Positions 31,205 through 32,000 of a DNA stretch of 32,000 nucleotides are shown one piece after another. Location of the stretch: NCBI RefSeq assembly GCF_000406145.1, contig NZ_CM001976.1:4147472-4179471 (forward strand). Direction: 5' to 3'. Source of the DNA: Dickeya dadantii NCPPB 898. Its GTDB lineage: Bacteria; Pseudomonadota; Gammaproteobacteria; Enterobacterales; Enterobacteriaceae. The position numbers and the translations under genes are program-made. The notes beneath the pieces are model-generated. The model saw nothing but the letters and a program-made list of their open reading frames with translations, did no database searches and was not told the DNA's origin. Each line of letters begins with the position of its first letter. Position 1 is the stretch's first letter.

Positions 31205-32000
31205 ATGTTACTCCCCGTAATCATGGCTGGTGGTACAGGTAGTCGCCTGTGGCCGCTTTCACGTGAACTTTATCCCAAGCAGTTCATTTGTCTCCACGGT
31301 CAGAATTCCATGCTGCAGGAAACGGTTAACCGCCTGAGTGGTATTGAAACGCGAGCGCCTGTAGTTATCTGCAACGAAGAGCACCGTTTCCTGGTTGCGG
31401 AACAGTTGAGACAAATTAACCAGCTATCCAACAATATCATTCTGGAACCTGCGGGGCGCAATACTGCTCCAGCGATCGCGCTAGCCGCGCTGAACGCGAT
31501 CAGACAGGGAGAAGACCCGCTCCTATTAGTACTTGCCGCCGACCACATCATTGAAAATACAGCCGCATTTCACTCCTCCATCAAAAAAGCCATCGCCTAC
31601 GCCCAGAAAGGAAGTTTGGTCACGTTTGGTATCGTCCCTACCGGACCTGAAACCGGCTACGGATATATTCAGCGCGGCGAAAGACTACCCGGCGACGAAT
31701 CCTCGCCTCATAAGGTTTTACGGTTTGTTGAAAAACCAAGCCTCAAAATTGCAGAGGAATATTTGCAGTCGGGCGAATATTACTGGAATAGCGGCATGTT
31801 CATGTTCCGCGCCAAACGTTATTTACAGGAACTGGAAAAATTCCGTCCCGATATTTTGAAAGCGTGCCAGTTATCTATTGAGGGCGTTAGTCAGCAAGGG
31901 GACTTTATTAATGTCCAGACCGAGCACTTTATTACCTGCCCGGACGAGTCCATCGATTACGCGGTAATGGAAAAAACCGAAGACGCCGTTGTTGTTCCTT
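31205..32000 (+). CDS. manC: Mannose-1-phosphate guanylyltransferase, N-terminal 265 codons; the 3' end runs off the window
   Basis: My translation from the ATG at 31205 is [110 protein letters not shown]. It is collinear with E. coli CpsB/ManC. It is absent from the ORF track because no stop codon falls inside the window. Confidence 0.93.
   Translation, partial: MLLPVIMAGGTGSRLWPLSRELYPKQFICLHGQNSMLQETVNRLSGIETRAPVVICNEEHRFLVAEQLRQINQLSNNIILEPAGRNTAPAIALAALNAIRQGEDPLLLVLAADHIIENTAAFHSSIKKAIAYAQKGSLVTFGIVPTGPETGYGYIQRGERLPGDESSPHKVLRFVEKPSLKIAEEYLQSGEYYWNSGMFMFRAKRYLQELEKFRPDILKACQLSIEGVSQQGDFINVQTEHFITCPDESIDYAVMEKTEDAVVVP

Overview
The window looks like core chromosome of a roughly 55-60% GC enterobacterium. 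Gene content and protein sequences suggest a soft-rot Pectobacteriaceae such as Dickeya, but the genus is inference only. I support 27 protein genes and one tRNA. In order they are epd (partial), tktA, tsgA, speA, metK, sprT, endA, rsmE, gshB, yqgE, ruvX, fbp, mpl, purA, yjeT, hflC, hflK, hflX, hfq, miaA, mutL, amiB, tsaE, nnr, one orphan ORF, queG, tRNA-Gly(GCC), a JUMPstart/ops leader, and manC (partial, the first gene of a polysaccharide cluster that leaves the window). Twenty-six of the 27 are recognisable housekeeping genes. I see no transposase, integrase, phage module, CRISPR array, toxin-antitoxin pair or multi-gene defence or secretion system, so I cannot support a claim of a novel multi-gene system here. 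Four pieces are not explained by ordinary annotation. (1) A Cys-free, acidic 302-codon orphan gene of lower GC sits in the nnr/queG divergent junction, which I recall as tight in E. coli. (2) Two perfect DnaA boxes flank an AT-rich spacer between queG and tRNA-Gly, at the position I recall for E. coli datA. (3) A JUMPstart element with a perfect ops site (GGCGGTAG) lies downstream of a ~500-nt AT-rich gene-free region carrying phased direct repeats, upstream of manC. (4) A 17-bp perfect tandem duplication lies in the miaA-hfq spacer. Relative to E. coli K-12 the window is a mosaic of three map regions joined at clean convergent terminators. All homology calls come from my memory of E. coli orthologues; no searches were run.
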